Shown one piece after another: positions 1 through 12,851 of a stretch of DNA of 64,000 nt. Positions within the stretch are counted from its first letter, which is position 1, and the number at the start of each line of letters is the position of its first letter. Made by a program: the position numbers and the translations under genes. Below the pieces are notes generated by a model that saw nothing but the letters and a program-made list of their open reading frames with translations, did no database searches and was not told the DNA's origin. This stretch comes from an uncultured delta proteobacterium (lineage in GTDB: Bacteria; Myxococcota_A; Polyangia; Haliangiales; Haliangiaceae), in the NCBI GenBank assembly GCA_963848295.1, contig CAWKDB010000010.1, positions 3,008,001-3,072,000 on the forward strand, given 5' to 3'.

Positions 1-595
1 TGAGCACGCCCCACACGAACATCACGAGCCGCAGCGAATCTTTCCACGGCTCGATCGGATAGCCGGCGCGCGCGGCGGTCTGCGAAGCGAGGTACGGCGG
101 TACCGATGCGACGGGGATCGGACCCGCGGCAGGGATCGGCCCGATCTGATACGCGCCGGCGTTCGGCGGCGGTTGCGACGGATTTTGCGAGCGCTGATAG
201 CTCTGCAGCGGCGCGGGTGCTGGTTGGGGCTGTCCACCTTGCACGAACACGGTGGCGGCGTGAGCGGGTGCGACCGGGACGTAATTCGGATGACCGGGCG
301 GATAATTCGGCTGCGATCCACCCTGCGAAGCCGGAGCGATCGGCGCGGCACCGTAGCCGGGCGGCGGCTGCGAAGCGGGCTGCGAGCGCGGGGGCGAGTA
401 CGGCGCGACCGCCGGTGCGTTCGCCGGCATCGGGCTGCCGCCGGCCTTCAGGGCGTCGACCATGTCGGTCGACGAGTACCCCATCACGGTCTTGGCCATC
501 GCCGGCTGCGACGACGGCGGCTGCTTGGCGCCGCAGAACACGCAGTGCTGGGCGGCTTCCGGCAGGTCCTTCGTGCAGCTAGCGCATTTCTTCAA
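1..595 (-). CDS. Zinc-ribbon domain, Pro-rich, probable membrane protein (3' end runs off the window)
   Basis: Not in the ORF track because it is open-ended. Manual translation from TTG at 595 gives MKKCASCTKDLPEAAQHCVFCGAKQP (CxxC-x10-CxxC), a Pro/Gln-rich linker, then PIEPWKDSLRLVMFVWGVL at the window edge. No stop in the segments translated. Confidence 0.75.
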   Translation of the reverse strand, partial: MKKCASCTKDLPEAAQHCVFCGAKQPPSSQPAMAKTVMGYSSTDMVDALKAGGSPMPANAPAVAPYSPPRSQPASQPPPGYGAAPIAPASQGGSQPNYPPGHPNYVPVAPAHAATVFVQGGQPQPAPAPLQSYQRSQNPSQPPPNAGAYQIGPIPAAGPIPVASVPPYLASQTAARAGYPIEPWKDSLRLVMFVWGVL

Positions 596-671
596 GTGTC
601 CCCCACGAGAGTGGAGAATATACGGCGGACGACGCGTGCGCTGTCAAACGCGGCCGTGATGTACTGCCGAC

Positions 672-1982
672 ATGGTCAGCCTCGGGGACGTCAAGCGCAG
701 CGCCGCGACGTTGTTCGCGCAGGGCCAACACCTCGCCGCCCTCCGGCTTTACGATGCACTGCTAGCGGTAGCGCCGCTCGACTTCGATGCGCGGATCCGG
801 CTCGCCGACTGCGCCCTCGCCATGGGAGATGCTCGCGCCGCTGACATCTATCGCGCTACCGGTTGGTATTGCATCAAGGCCGGGCATCCGCTCGCCGCGC
901 TCGTGTGCACGCGGGTGCTCGAGGCGCACGGCGCGGACGTCTCGGATCTGATCGCGTCGCTGGTCGTCACCTACGGGAGCGAGAGCGACATGCTCGGCAA
1001 GGTCGCTTCGCGCGTCGCCTTGCCGCCCGAAACGATCGCCGTCGCCGTGCCGGACGTTCGACTGGCGGCACCGCCCGATGCCGTCGCGACCGCGATCGCG
1101 CGGGCCGAGCATGCGACCGACGCGTTCCAGGACTACCCCGAGGCGCTGCACCCGATCCCGCTGTTATCCGCGATGTCGGAAGCGGCGTTTCGCCGCGTGC
1201 TCGGTACGATCTTGTTGCGCCGGTTGCCGGTGGGCGAATTCGTCGTGCGCGAAGGCGAGGCGGGGCAATCGTTCTTCTTCGTCGCGAGCGGCCAGCTCCG
1301 CGTGTTCGCGACCGACGGCCTTGGCCGCCACACCGAGCTCGCCCAGCTCGGCGAAGGCGCGGTGTTCGGTGAGATGGCGCTGCTCTCGGCGCAGCCGCGC
1401 ACCGCGAGCGTCGGCTGCTTGTCAGACGTCGATCTGTTCGAAGTCGGCAAGCAATCGCTCGCGACGCTCGCCGACGAGCTCGGCGCGGTCGCCGTCGCCT
1501 TGCACGGCTTCACGCGCGAGCGCCTGCTCGGGAATCTCATGGCCACCAGTCCACTGTTCAAGCCGTTCAACCGGATGCAACAACGCGATCTCCTACGCCG
1601 CTTCACGAGCCATGACGTGGCGCCGGGCACCGTCGTGATCAGCGAAGGCGAAGACGGCCGCGGCCTGTTCGTCGTGCTGTCCGGAGAGCTCGAAGTCTCG
1701 CGTCGCGCCTCCGATGCCACGACCGTACCGCTCGGCGCCCTCAAGACCGGCGACGTCTTCGGCGAGATGTCGCTGCTCCGCCACGGCAAGACCACCGCCA
1801 CCGTGGCCGCGCAACGCCCCGCGACCGTCCTGTTCCTGGCGCGCGAGTACGTCGACCGCATCGTCGCCGGCGTCCCCGAAATCAAAGCCTACCTCGAGGC
1901 ACTCGCCGAAGACCGCGACATCGACAACCAGCTAGCGCTCGGCGAAGACGAATCACCCGCTGACGAGCGAGTCCTCATCTGA
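672..1982 (+). CDS. Tandem cyclic-nucleotide-binding domain protein with N-terminal helical/TPR-like region
   Basis: Two cNMP-binding cassettes: VVREGEAGQSFFFVASG...FGEMALLSAQPRTASV and VISEGEDGRGLFVVLSG...FGEMSLLRHGKTTATV. Confidence 0.88.
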   Translation: MVSLGDVKRSAATLFAQGQHLAALRLYDALLAVAPLDFDARIRLADCALAMGDARAADIYRATGWYCIKAGHPLAALVCTRVLEAHGADVSDLIASLVVTYGSESDMLGKVASRVALPPETIAVAVPDVRLAAPPDAVATAIARAEHATDAFQDYPEALHPIPLLSAMSEAAFRRVLGTILLRRLPVGEFVVREGEAGQSFFFVASGQLRVFATDGLGRHTELAQLGEGAVFGEMALLSAQPRTASVGCLSDVDLFEVGKQSLATLADELGAVAVALHGFTRERLLGNLMATSPLFKPFNRMQQRDLLRRFTSHDVAPGTVVISEGEDGRGLFVVLSGELEVSRRASDATTVPLGALKTGDVFGEMSLLRHGKTTATVAAQRPATVLFLAREYVDRIVAGVPEIKAYLEALAEDRDIDNQLALGEDESPADERVLI

Positions 1983-1985
1983 GCG

Positions 1986-2092
1986 ATGGTGACGCTGTCT
2001 CTTTTGTCACCTTGTGGCGAAGCGCGATCCTTCGAACTCGCTGATTTCTAAGAAGGAACCATGGTGACGCTGTCTCTTTTGTCACCTTGTGG
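1986..2092. repeat. Two identical 32-bp direct repeats with internal palindrome, 43-bp spacer
   Basis: ATGGTGACGCTGTCTCTTTTGTCACCTTGTGG at 1986-2017 and 2061-2092. GGTGAC...GTCACC forms a stem. Confidence 0.9.
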
Positions 2093-2154
2093 GCGGCAGG
2101 AGTCTCCGTCGTCTACGCCGTGCCCCGGCTGGTTGCGCGGCTATACTAAGAGCT

Positions 2155-4013
<1,859 letters not shown>

Positions 4014-4014
<1 letters not shown>

Positions 4015-4514
4015 TGCATCGCTGGTTCGGACCGACGGCGAAGCTCGCCGGCATCGCGCTGATCCTCGTGGTGCTGGTCGGGCGTCGCGTGGCGCGAGCG
4101 TTCGACGTCTGGTACGTGAACGACCTGATCGACGCGCACGCGCATGTCACGATCGCGCTGCTCGCGGTCGTCACGATCGGCGCGGTGGTGTCGTTGTTCT
4201 CGCACTCGAGTACGCTCGCGTTCTTCGTCGTCGCGTTGTCCGCGGTGCTCCTGGTCGTACTCGCATTGCGAGCGTTCACCGCAGAGCGCGACGCCGGCGC
4301 GATCTATCCTCCAGCGCTGGTCGCGCTCGGGCTCGTCATGCTCGGCGTCGCGCAGACGCCGCCGGCCGACCCCCACGGCGACGAGGTCGGCGAGCTCGTC
4401 GCCGGCAAGCGCCATGGCGAGTGGTTCATCTATCATCCAAACGGCGTGCTCGCCGAGACCCGGCGCTACGACCAGGGCGCGATCGTCGAGGCCAAGCCAT
4501 ACCTCCCGAAGTGA
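4014..4514 (+). CDS. Hypothetical membrane protein with C-terminal MORN2-like repeat
   Basis: GTG overlaps the S8 stop codon. About 4 hydrophobic segments, then GKRHGEWFIYHPNGVLAETRRYDQG. Confidence 0.6.
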
Positions 4515-4611
4515 TCACCGCTCGGTGATCGAAGCGTCAGCTGGCCGGCATCCCCGAGAGGCCGTCGCCGGCGACGAGCACGAGCCGGCCCGCGTCGAGG
4601 TCGACCGGAGC

Positions 4612-5094
4612 TCAAAGCGCGAGCGTGCATCGCGCACCTTGGCCGGGGCTCTCCGCGACCGTCACCTCGAGCGCGCGGACGTGCGGAGCGCCGAGCTCGG
4701 TCAGCCGCGTGCGCAACAACTCCGCGACGTAGGCCGCGAGCGCCTCGACCGAGATATTGTCGATCGGCAGCAGCAGCGCGTCCTGGCGCGGCAGCACGTA
4801 GCGCTCGCCGCACAGCATGAACTCGAGCTCGGTGTCGTCGCGCACGACCTCGAAGTACGGGTTCGTCCCGGCGAGCAGCACGTGCTCTTTCCATTCGGCG
4901 CACAGCGCCGCGAGCGCAGCCTTCAGCGGAGCGAACGGGATCATCGCTTCGAGATCGACGCGATCGACCTCGAGCTCGACCGCGATCGTGTAGTTGTGCC
5001 CGTGCAGGCGCTCTTTGGTGCGATCCGGGAACACCGTCATGTGCGCGACGGAGAACTTGTACTGCTCGCGCGCGAGCACGATGCGATGACTCAC
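4612..5094 (-). CDS. 6-pyruvoyl-tetrahydropterin synthase/QueD family protein (PTPS-III-type ExxHGH motif)
   Basis: FSVAH...ERLHGHNY; SVEALA; VAESPG near the C-terminus. Confidence 0.88.
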   Translation of the reverse strand: MSHRIVLAREQYKFSVAHMTVFPDRTKERLHGHNYTIAVELEVDRVDLEAMIPFAPLKAALAALCAEWKEHVLLAGTNPYFEVVRDDTELEFMLCGERYVLPRQDALLLPIDNISVEALAAYVAELLRTRLTELGAPHVRALEVTVAESPGQGARCTLAL

Positions 5095-5208
5095 CGCCCG
5101 ACAGTACCAGCTGGCACGTCATGTTCACGTAGGTGCGCTACTTGCGCGATCGTGACGGCAGGTCGCGATAGGCACATCCAAACGAGCTCGCGGCCCGTAT
5201 GACTGTCG

Positions 5209-6120
5209 ATGACCCATATAATCGTCGGAGGTCTCGTGGTGCTCGCCGCTTGCTCGCTCCCGGTCATGAGGGAAGGCGGCGGCCGGGGCGATCCATCGGC
5301 TCCTGACGCGACGCTGGCGCCCGTCGACAGCGGCGGCGCCATGGCGATCGATGCCGCGCCGGCGACGTGCAACGGCTACGAGCCGTGCCGGATCAACCCG
5401 GTGGTCGCACCGGCCGGCTACACGCCGAGCGCGGGCGTGCACTACGACGAGTACGGGGTCTACGGCACGTGCCAGGACTGGGCCGACTGCGGCATGTGGA
5501 ACACGCACTACACGTCGAACTGGGTCGATTCGGGCGGCAACCCGGTGAACCCGTACTACAACCGGATGGGCTCGCCGTTCCCGTGGACGAACGCGCGCTA
5601 CGAGATCGACGTCGATCCCGGCAAGGTCGAGTACGCGAAGCTCCACATGATGGCGGCCGGCGATCCATTCGCGTTTAGCGACGGCACCAAGGAGATCCGG
5701 ACCGATCGGACCACCGGCGCCACGACCTGCTTCCAACGCGGCGCGAGCCCGATCAAGACGCTCATGCTCGGCAACCTCGGCGGCACGGGAACGTTCGGTG
5801 AGGTCGACTGGAACATCAGCGTTCTGCCGGGTGACATGGGCAACACCGGCAACGCCTCGAGGTGCTCCGGTACGGGGGCGACGACGTGGATCTCGATCAC
5901 CACGGACGAGCAGCTCGCGGCGACCACGCTCAACAGCCAAGGCAAGCCGGTCTATTGCTTGCTGCGCGAAGGCCAGGACTACTACGTCAACTTCACGAGC
6001 CGCGGGGTGTGGCAGAACGTCGATTGCTCCCAGAGCACGTGCAAGATGGGCGGCTTTCAGATCACGAACCTCACGACCGAGGACGGCAGCGCCGCGGTCA
6101 ACGGCGTGCCGTGTGACTAG
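5209..6120 (+). CDS. Hypothetical Cys-rich lipoprotein/secreted protein
   Basis: LAAC lipobox-like signal; multiple Cys; natural amino-acid composition and strong GC3 bias. Confidence 0.75.
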   Translation: MTHIIVGGLVVLAACSLPVMREGGGRGDPSAPDATLAPVDSGGAMAIDAAPATCNGYEPCRINPVVAPAGYTPSAGVHYDEYGVYGTCQDWADCGMWNTHYTSNWVDSGGNPVNPYYNRMGSPFPWTNARYEIDVDPGKVEYAKLHMMAAGDPFAFSDGTKEIRTDRTTGATTCFQRGASPIKTLMLGNLGGTGTFGEVDWNISVLPGDMGNTGNASRCSGTGATTWISITTDEQLAATTLNSQGKPVYCLLREGQDYYVNFTSRGVWQNVDCSQSTCKMGGFQITNLTTEDGSAAVNGVPCD

Positions 6121-6185
6121 TCCGCACCCTCGCGCAGCAGGCAGTACACGGGTTGGCCTTGCCCGTTGACGGTCTGCGCCTTGAT
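6117..6185 (-). pseudogene. Inverted relic of a diverged paralogue of the 5209-6120 gene
   Basis: IKAQTVNGQGQPVYCLLREGAD* vs LAATTLNSQGKPVYCLLREGQDY (5914-5982): 15/22 aa identical, 7 of them through synonymous codons. Confidence 0.7.
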
Positions 6186-6330
6186 CGGAGCTACTGCATC
6201 AACTTGATGAGCGCGGGCACGAGCAACCCGACACGGCGACGTGCAGCATGGGTGGGCTGACGATCGCGAACTTCGTCGGCTCCGACGGCTCACAGGCACC
6301 CCAAGTCGGCGTTCCCTGTCCGTGAGGTGA

Positions 6331-8070
<1,740 letters not shown>

Positions 8071-8362
8071 GAGCTCTGCAATTCGTTGCGCCCGCTCCGG
8101 AGCCGCGTGACATGGATGTCGTAGCGCGGGCTCGTCAGAGTTCGGGTCGAGGCCACTCGGTAGCACGAGAATTCTTAGAAAACAAGCGATTGCGATGGGT
8201 CCTGCCAGACTGGCCCATCGCTTGCTTCATTGGTGGACCACAAGTCAAAAAGCGGTCGGTTATTCCTAAGCCCCGACCGTCTCCAACTAGTCTAGTTCGT
8301 TAGAAAGTCGCGAGTGTCCGGGTTGCCGCCCGGACATTCGCATTTTCGGGCCCGCGCCGAGA

Positions 8363-9475
8363 TCAGGGATCGACGTCGCGGTGGACACACGGATCGTTGT
8401 CGGGGTCGTGACCGCAGGCGAGCACGCCGGGCGAGTCGTCGTCGGGATCGACTCCCTTGTGCGGCCCTTCGAGCGTGTCTTCGGCATCGCCGCCGGTGGC
8501 GATCAGCTCCGCGCGTCGCTCCGGCGACAAATTCGGGATCAGCTCGCCGTTCGCGAGATGCGCGACGTAATACGCATCTTCGCGCCGCGGCTCGAGCTCG
8601 CCGCGATCGATCGCCGCTTCGAGCTCGCGCTTGAGGTCGCCGATCAACCGGCTCGGCGGCAACTCGAACGCCTGCATGATCGCGCTGCCGACCCCGCCGG
8701 GTAGCGGCGGTAGCTTCGCGTCAGCCTCGGCCAGCCGCTCGCAGCGATCCGAGAGCGCGCTGATCTGCGTGAGCAACTGTTGCCGGCGACCCGGACGCTT
8801 CGAGGTGATATCGGCGCGCGACAGATCGAGCAGATCGATGATGTGCGGTCCCATCTCGCGATGAAACCGGCGAACAGCGCTATCGGTCCAATGCTCGCCG
8901 TAGGCGTTCGTCCGCAGATGGTGGCGTACGAGAAACCGGATGGTCTGGCGATCGTCACGCGCGAAGCCGAACCGCCCGCTGATCTTGTCGAACATCCGCG
9001 CGCCGACCTCGGCGTGACCATGGAAGTGCACGCCGTGCGGCGTGAACGTACGGGTCGGTACCTTGCCGATGTCGTGGAGCAACGCGGCCCAGCGGACGAG
9101 CGGTCGCCGCACGGTCTGCTTGACGACTTGCTTGGTGTGCGCCCACACGTCCTTGTGCTGGCGCCCCTCTTCTTGAACGAGATTGACGGTTGCTTCGAGC
9201 TCGGGGAACAACACCGAGACGATGCCGGCCTGCTGGAGCCACTCGAGAGCGAGATCGACATCGCGCGCCATCAAGCCGGGCTCGAGAGCGATCCGCATCT
9301 TCGCTGGATCCGCATTCGCCAGGCGCGGAGCATGCTCGCGCGCTACATCGGTGATCGCGTCGGGCGGCGTTCGGCCCGACTCTGCGATCGCAGAGGCCAG
9401 CTCGAGCATCACCACCGGGTCGGCCTCGACGAGGCCCCGGACGCGATCTGCGGCTGTCCGGTCACCGGACGACAT
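8363..9475 (-). CDS. HD-domain protein resembling the C-terminal half of CCA-adding enzymes
   Basis: LFPELE...QHKDVWAHT, AALLHDIGK, FHGHAEVGA, AVRRF, RADIT. No N-terminal nucleotidyltransferase motifs. Confidence 0.85.
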   Translation of the reverse strand: MSSGDRTAADRVRGLVEADPVVMLELASAIAESGRTPPDAITDVAREHAPRLANADPAKMRIALEPGLMARDVDLALEWLQQAGIVSVLFPELEATVNLVQEEGRQHKDVWAHTKQVVKQTVRRPLVRWAALLHDIGKVPTRTFTPHGVHFHGHAEVGARMFDKISGRFGFARDDRQTIRFLVRHHLRTNAYGEHWTDSAVRRFHREMGPHIIDLLDLSRADITSKRPGRRQQLLTQISALSDRCERLAEADAKLPPLPGGVGSAIMQAFELPPSRLIGDLKRELEAAIDRGELEPRREDAYYVAHLANGELIPNLSPERRAELIATGGDAEDTLEGPHKGVDPDDDSPGVLACGHDPDNDPCVHRDVDP

Positions 9476-9517
9476 GGCGGCTCACTGCTACCACGAGTTT
9501 GGTACGGACCGTGCTCA

Positions 9518-9703
9518 ATGCGCGCTCGCGTGATCGGGCGAATCACAGAGCGACAGCTCCCGCAGGCCGAGCGATGCTTTCCCGGCATCTCTCGGTTCTA
9601 CGAGGAGCTCGACCGAAAACCCTCGACGTTCCTGGCGCTTGTCTGGGCGTTCGAAGGTCGGGGGATTGCCCGTGCACAACCTCGGAAGCGTCGGCGGCGC
9701 TAG
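9518..9703 (+). CDS. Small hypothetical protein (61 aa)
   Basis: MRARVIGRITERQLPQAERCFPGISRFYEELDRKPSTFLALVWAFE...; fills the gap between the HD gene and murI. Confidence 0.55.
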   Translation: MRARVIGRITERQLPQAERCFPGISRFYEELDRKPSTFLALVWAFEGRGIARAQPRKRRRR

Positions 9704-9783
9704 CGCGTTACCCTGGCGACGTGCGAGTCCTTCTGGCAAGTTGAGTTGCCGGCTGTGACAGTGCGTCGCAATCCGGAGGCGCC

Positions 9784-10608
9784 ATGGGGCAAGAATCGAC
9801 GACCAAACGCCAGCCGATCGGCGTCTTCGACTCCGGCGTCGGTGGGCTCACCGTCGTGCGCGCATTGCGAGCGAGGCTGCCGGGCGAGGACGTCATCTAC
9901 CTCGGCGACACCGCGCGTGTGCCTTATGGAAGTAAGAGCCCGCGTACGATCGAAAAGTATTCGCTGACGTGTCAGCAGTTCTTGCTCGATCGCGGCGTCA
10001 AGCTCGTACTGATCGCCTGCAACACGGCGTCGGCCAACGCGCTGCCCGCACTTATCGAAGCGAGCCCGGTGCCGATCATCGGCGCGGTCGAGCCCGGTGC
10101 GACCGCCGCGCTGGCGGCGACCCGCGACGGCCACATCGGCGTGATCGGCACGCTCGGCACCGTGCGGTCGTCGGCCTACGAGCGCGCGATCGGTGCGCGC
10201 GATCCGAAGGCGAAGCTCACCGCGCTCGCGTGCCCGCTGCTCGTGCCGCTCGCCGAAGAAGGCTGGATCGACGGCGACATCGCAGCCCTCGTCGCGCGGC
10301 GTTATCTCGCCGAGTTGTTCGCGCGCGATCCGGCCATCGATACGCTCGTGCTCGGTTGCACGCACTATCCGTTGCTGCGCGACGTGCTCGCTGGCGTTGC
10401 CCGCGAGCTCGCGCACCACGACGTCGCGGTCGTCGACTCGGCGAGTGCGATGGCGGAAGCGGCGCGCGATGCACTCGGCAGCGGCGCAAATCGCCGGACG
10501 ACCGCCGGTCGACTCGACTGCTTCGCGACCGACACCTCGCGGCTCGACGAGCTCGCGCCGCGGTTCCTCGGCGAACCGCTCACCGGCTTCGAGCTGGTGG
10601 ACCTGTAG
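9784..10608 (+). CDS. murI: Glutamate racemase
   Basis: [41 protein letters not shown]. Confidence 0.97.
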   Translation: MGQESTTKRQPIGVFDSGVGGLTVVRALRARLPGEDVIYLGDTARVPYGSKSPRTIEKYSLTCQQFLLDRGVKLVLIACNTASANALPALIEASPVPIIGAVEPGATAALAATRDGHIGVIGTLGTVRSSAYERAIGARDPKAKLTALACPLLVPLAEEGWIDGDIAALVARRYLAELFARDPAIDTLVLGCTHYPLLRDVLAGVARELAHHDVAVVDSASAMAEAARDALGSGANRRTTAGRLDCFATDTSRLDELAPRFLGEPLTGFELVDL

Positions 10609-11103
10609 TTACCGCGCGACGATGCCGAGTGCGGCGAGCAGCTCACCAAGCTTGCGCTTCGCATGATGCAGCCGCGACCACACGGTACCTTCGGGAACAC
10701 CGAGCGTCTCGGCGATCTCGGTATGGGTGAGGCCGGCGATCGCGAACAACGACAGCACGAGGCGATGCTCGAACGAGAGCGATCCGAGCGCGCGCGCCAT
10801 CGCATCGACTTGCGCGTGATCGCCGAATGGATCGGCGGCGACTCCCGGCCACTGATCGTCCAGCGGGTCCGACGGCCGACGCCGAGCGCGGAGCTTGAGC
10901 GCGGTACGGATCGCGATGCGATGCACCCACGTCTTGACGCTCGCGTCACCGCGGAAGCTCGGTAGCGCTTGTGCGACCGCGAGGAACGTGTCCTGGAATG
11001 CATCCTGTGCGTCCGCGGAGTTGCTCAACAGGTTCACGCACAGTGCGTGGACGTGACGGTGGCACTCCCCATAAACCTGCTCGAATGCGGGCGGTGTTGC
11101 CAT
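10609..11103 (-). CDS. ECF RNA polymerase sigma factor
   Basis: DAQDAFQDTFL, FRGDASVKTWVHRIA, EIAETLGVPEGTVWSRLHHA. Confidence 0.93.
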   Translation of the reverse strand: MATPPAFEQVYGECHRHVHALCVNLLSNSADAQDAFQDTFLAVAQALPSFRGDASVKTWVHRIAIRTALKLRARRRPSDPLDDQWPGVAADPFGDHAQVDAMARALGSLSFEHRLVLSLFAIAGLTHTEIAETLGVPEGTVWSRLHHAKRKLGELLAALGIVAR

Positions 11104-11116
11104 CGTCAGGTGCGGA

Positions 11117-11782
11117 TCAGCTGGAGAGCAGCGCGCGCTCGCGGACGAGTCGGCGGTAACGAACGACGGTGATCGGTAACGGGATCGCGAGGCATGCGAT
11201 CTCGAGCACCAGGTACGGCAGTGCCGGCACGGTCAAGCCGATGTTGGTCAGATGGAACACGGCGAGCAGGAGCGGCAGCAGCCACCACGCTTGGCGCTCG
11301 GTTCGAATCCGGTGATCGAGCTCGGCCCGCAAGCCCGCGACTAGCGCGTCTCCCGAGCGCCGCTCAAGTGCCTTCAGCCCGGAGATTCGGCGGCGCAGGA
11401 TCAGTGCGAGCACCCCATAGCCGGCGATCGCGCCGACCGCCGCGCTGACGAGGCTGATGAGCACGCCGCGAACCGTGAACCCGCGCTCGCTGACAAGATC
11501 ACAGAGAGTGATGACGCCAGCGAGCAGCGGTATGACCGCCATCGTTCGCGCGGCCTGGCGGCGGAACTGGCCGATCCGATCGAGGAACGCGTCGGTGTCG
11601 AGCGGTGCTGGGGAATGCGCTAGCGTGGTCATCATCGCGGTGCTCACCTTTTCCGAGAGCGCGACATACGCGGTGCACGTGGCACACGCGGCGACGTGGG
11701 CGTCGAGCTCGGCGGCTGGCGTGGCGGCGGTCGCCCCGGCTTGCTGCTGGTCGTACGCGATCTGATAGTCGTCGCAGGTCAT
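11117..11782 (-). CDS. Probable zinc-binding (ZAS/zf-HC2) membrane anti-sigma factor
   Basis: MTCDD...HVAACATC (HxxxCxxC), then about 4 hydrophobic helices; directly upstream of the ECF sigma. Confidence 0.75.
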   Translation of the reverse strand: MTCDDYQIAYDQQQAGATAATPAAELDAHVAACATCTAYVALSEKVSTAMMTTLAHSPAPLDTDAFLDRIGQFRRQAARTMAVIPLLAGVITLCDLVSERGFTVRGVLISLVSAAVGAIAGYGVLALILRRRISGLKALERRSGDALVAGLRAELDHRIRTERQAWWLLPLLLAVFHLTNIGLTVPALPYLVLEIACLAIPLPITVVRYRRLVRERALLSS

Positions 11783-11796
11783 CGTCTCTGGTTGGC

Positions 11797-12009
11797 TTAG
11801 GGCCAACGCGTGGCCGTTTCCTTCAAGCGATTTTCTAATTTTCGCGCGTGCGCCAAGTACACGAGACCCCCCCGGTTTTCGGGAGCTACCGGCTCCGCGG
11901 TGCTTGCAGGCGCGATCGCGAGATCCGACTCCGGCGCTGCGAGGAGCTTTGCAGCACGCGGGCCGCACGCTACCAACGCTATCCCGAGTGCGAACACCGC
12001 CGGTTTCAC
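11797..12009 (-). CDS. Small putative lipoprotein (possibly truncated)
   Basis: GTG start, KPAVFALGIALVAC lipobox-like signal; 70 aa. Confidence 0.4.
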   Translation of the reverse strand: MKPAVFALGIALVACGPRAAKLLAAPESDLAIAPASTAEPVAPENRGGLVYLAHARKLENRLKETATRWP

Positions 12010-12025
12010 GCCGGCGATCTTAGCG

Positions 12026-12847
12026 CTAATGCCCGGGCTGGCTCGCATCGAGTAAGCGTGTCGCTTCAGCGACGTGCGAGCTCGCCTCGTCGCGCATCCG
12101 CCGGGTCGCGCGATCAGTATCGCGGTGGGCGAGCAGCGCTTTCGCGGCGACGAGGTGGCCGCGCGCCTGCTCGATGAGCGGCGGTACCACCTTACCGTTG
12201 AGCGTGCTGACCGAGAGCGAGTAGGCGCGTTCGGAATCGGCGTCTTGCCAAGCGCGCCGGTTCTCTTGCAGCGCCGCGGCGCATTCGCGCACCGCGGCAT
12301 CGCCGGCAAGCTCGTGGTCGTCGCGTGCGTGCTCGAGCAGCGCATGCGCGAGGAACAGCTCGTTGTCGATCATTCCGTACGCGGGGTGACTCGCTTCCGG
12401 GCGAGGCTCCGCGAACCACTTGATCATCATCGCCAGCTTGTCGAGCGCCAGGACCTTGAGCGGCGCGGGGTCGCTATCGCCGGTGGCGGGCCCGGGCTCG
12501 TCGTCGCGGATCCGTTCCATCGCTTCGGTCATCAGCGCGCGGGCGCGCCGCAACTCGCCCGCCTCGTCGAGGCGCGGATCGATCGCCGGCACAAGTCGCG
12601 CTGATCTGACGTGTCGCGATGCCATGTCGAGCTTCGTGATCAGGTCGTCGAATTCACCGCGCGGGATGCGGTCCATCGCTTCCCTGAGCACCGGGATCGT
12701 CGCGAAATACGCCTGCGCCTCGCGCAGCGCCACGACCGCGGCGCCGTAGCCGCGCAGTGCGTTCGGCTGTGGTGCGACGTTACGAGGCGGAACCGCCGCC
12801 TGACCACACGCCATCACGACCGCGAGCGCCAAGCGCGCGGCCCGCAT
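12026..12847 (-). CDS. Hypothetical helical lipoprotein
   Basis: MRAARLALAVVMAC signal; co-oriented and tightly packed with neighbours. Confidence 0.65.
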   Translation of the reverse strand: MRAARLALAVVMACGQAAVPPRNVAPQPNALRGYGAAVVALREAQAYFATIPVLREAMDRIPRGEFDDLITKLDMASRHVRSARLVPAIDPRLDEAGELRRARALMTEAMERIRDDEPGPATGDSDPAPLKVLALDKLAMMIKWFAEPRPEASHPAYGMIDNELFLAHALLEHARDDHELAGDAAVRECAAALQENRRAWQDADSERAYSLSVSTLNGKVVPPLIEQARGHLVAAKALLAHRDTDRATRRMRDEASSHVAEATRLLDASQPGH

Positions 12848-12851
12848 CAAC

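Noticed and set aside
1986..2092. Calling the 32-bp repeat pair a CRISPR array
   Set aside because: Only two repeats, with no leader or cas gene in view. Kept as a repeat and a finding.
8210..8226. Sigma54-like TGGC-N7-TTGCT sequence
   Set aside because: Correct spacing, but it is on the plus strand with no plus-strand gene downstream and is part of a short inverted repeat. Not supportable.
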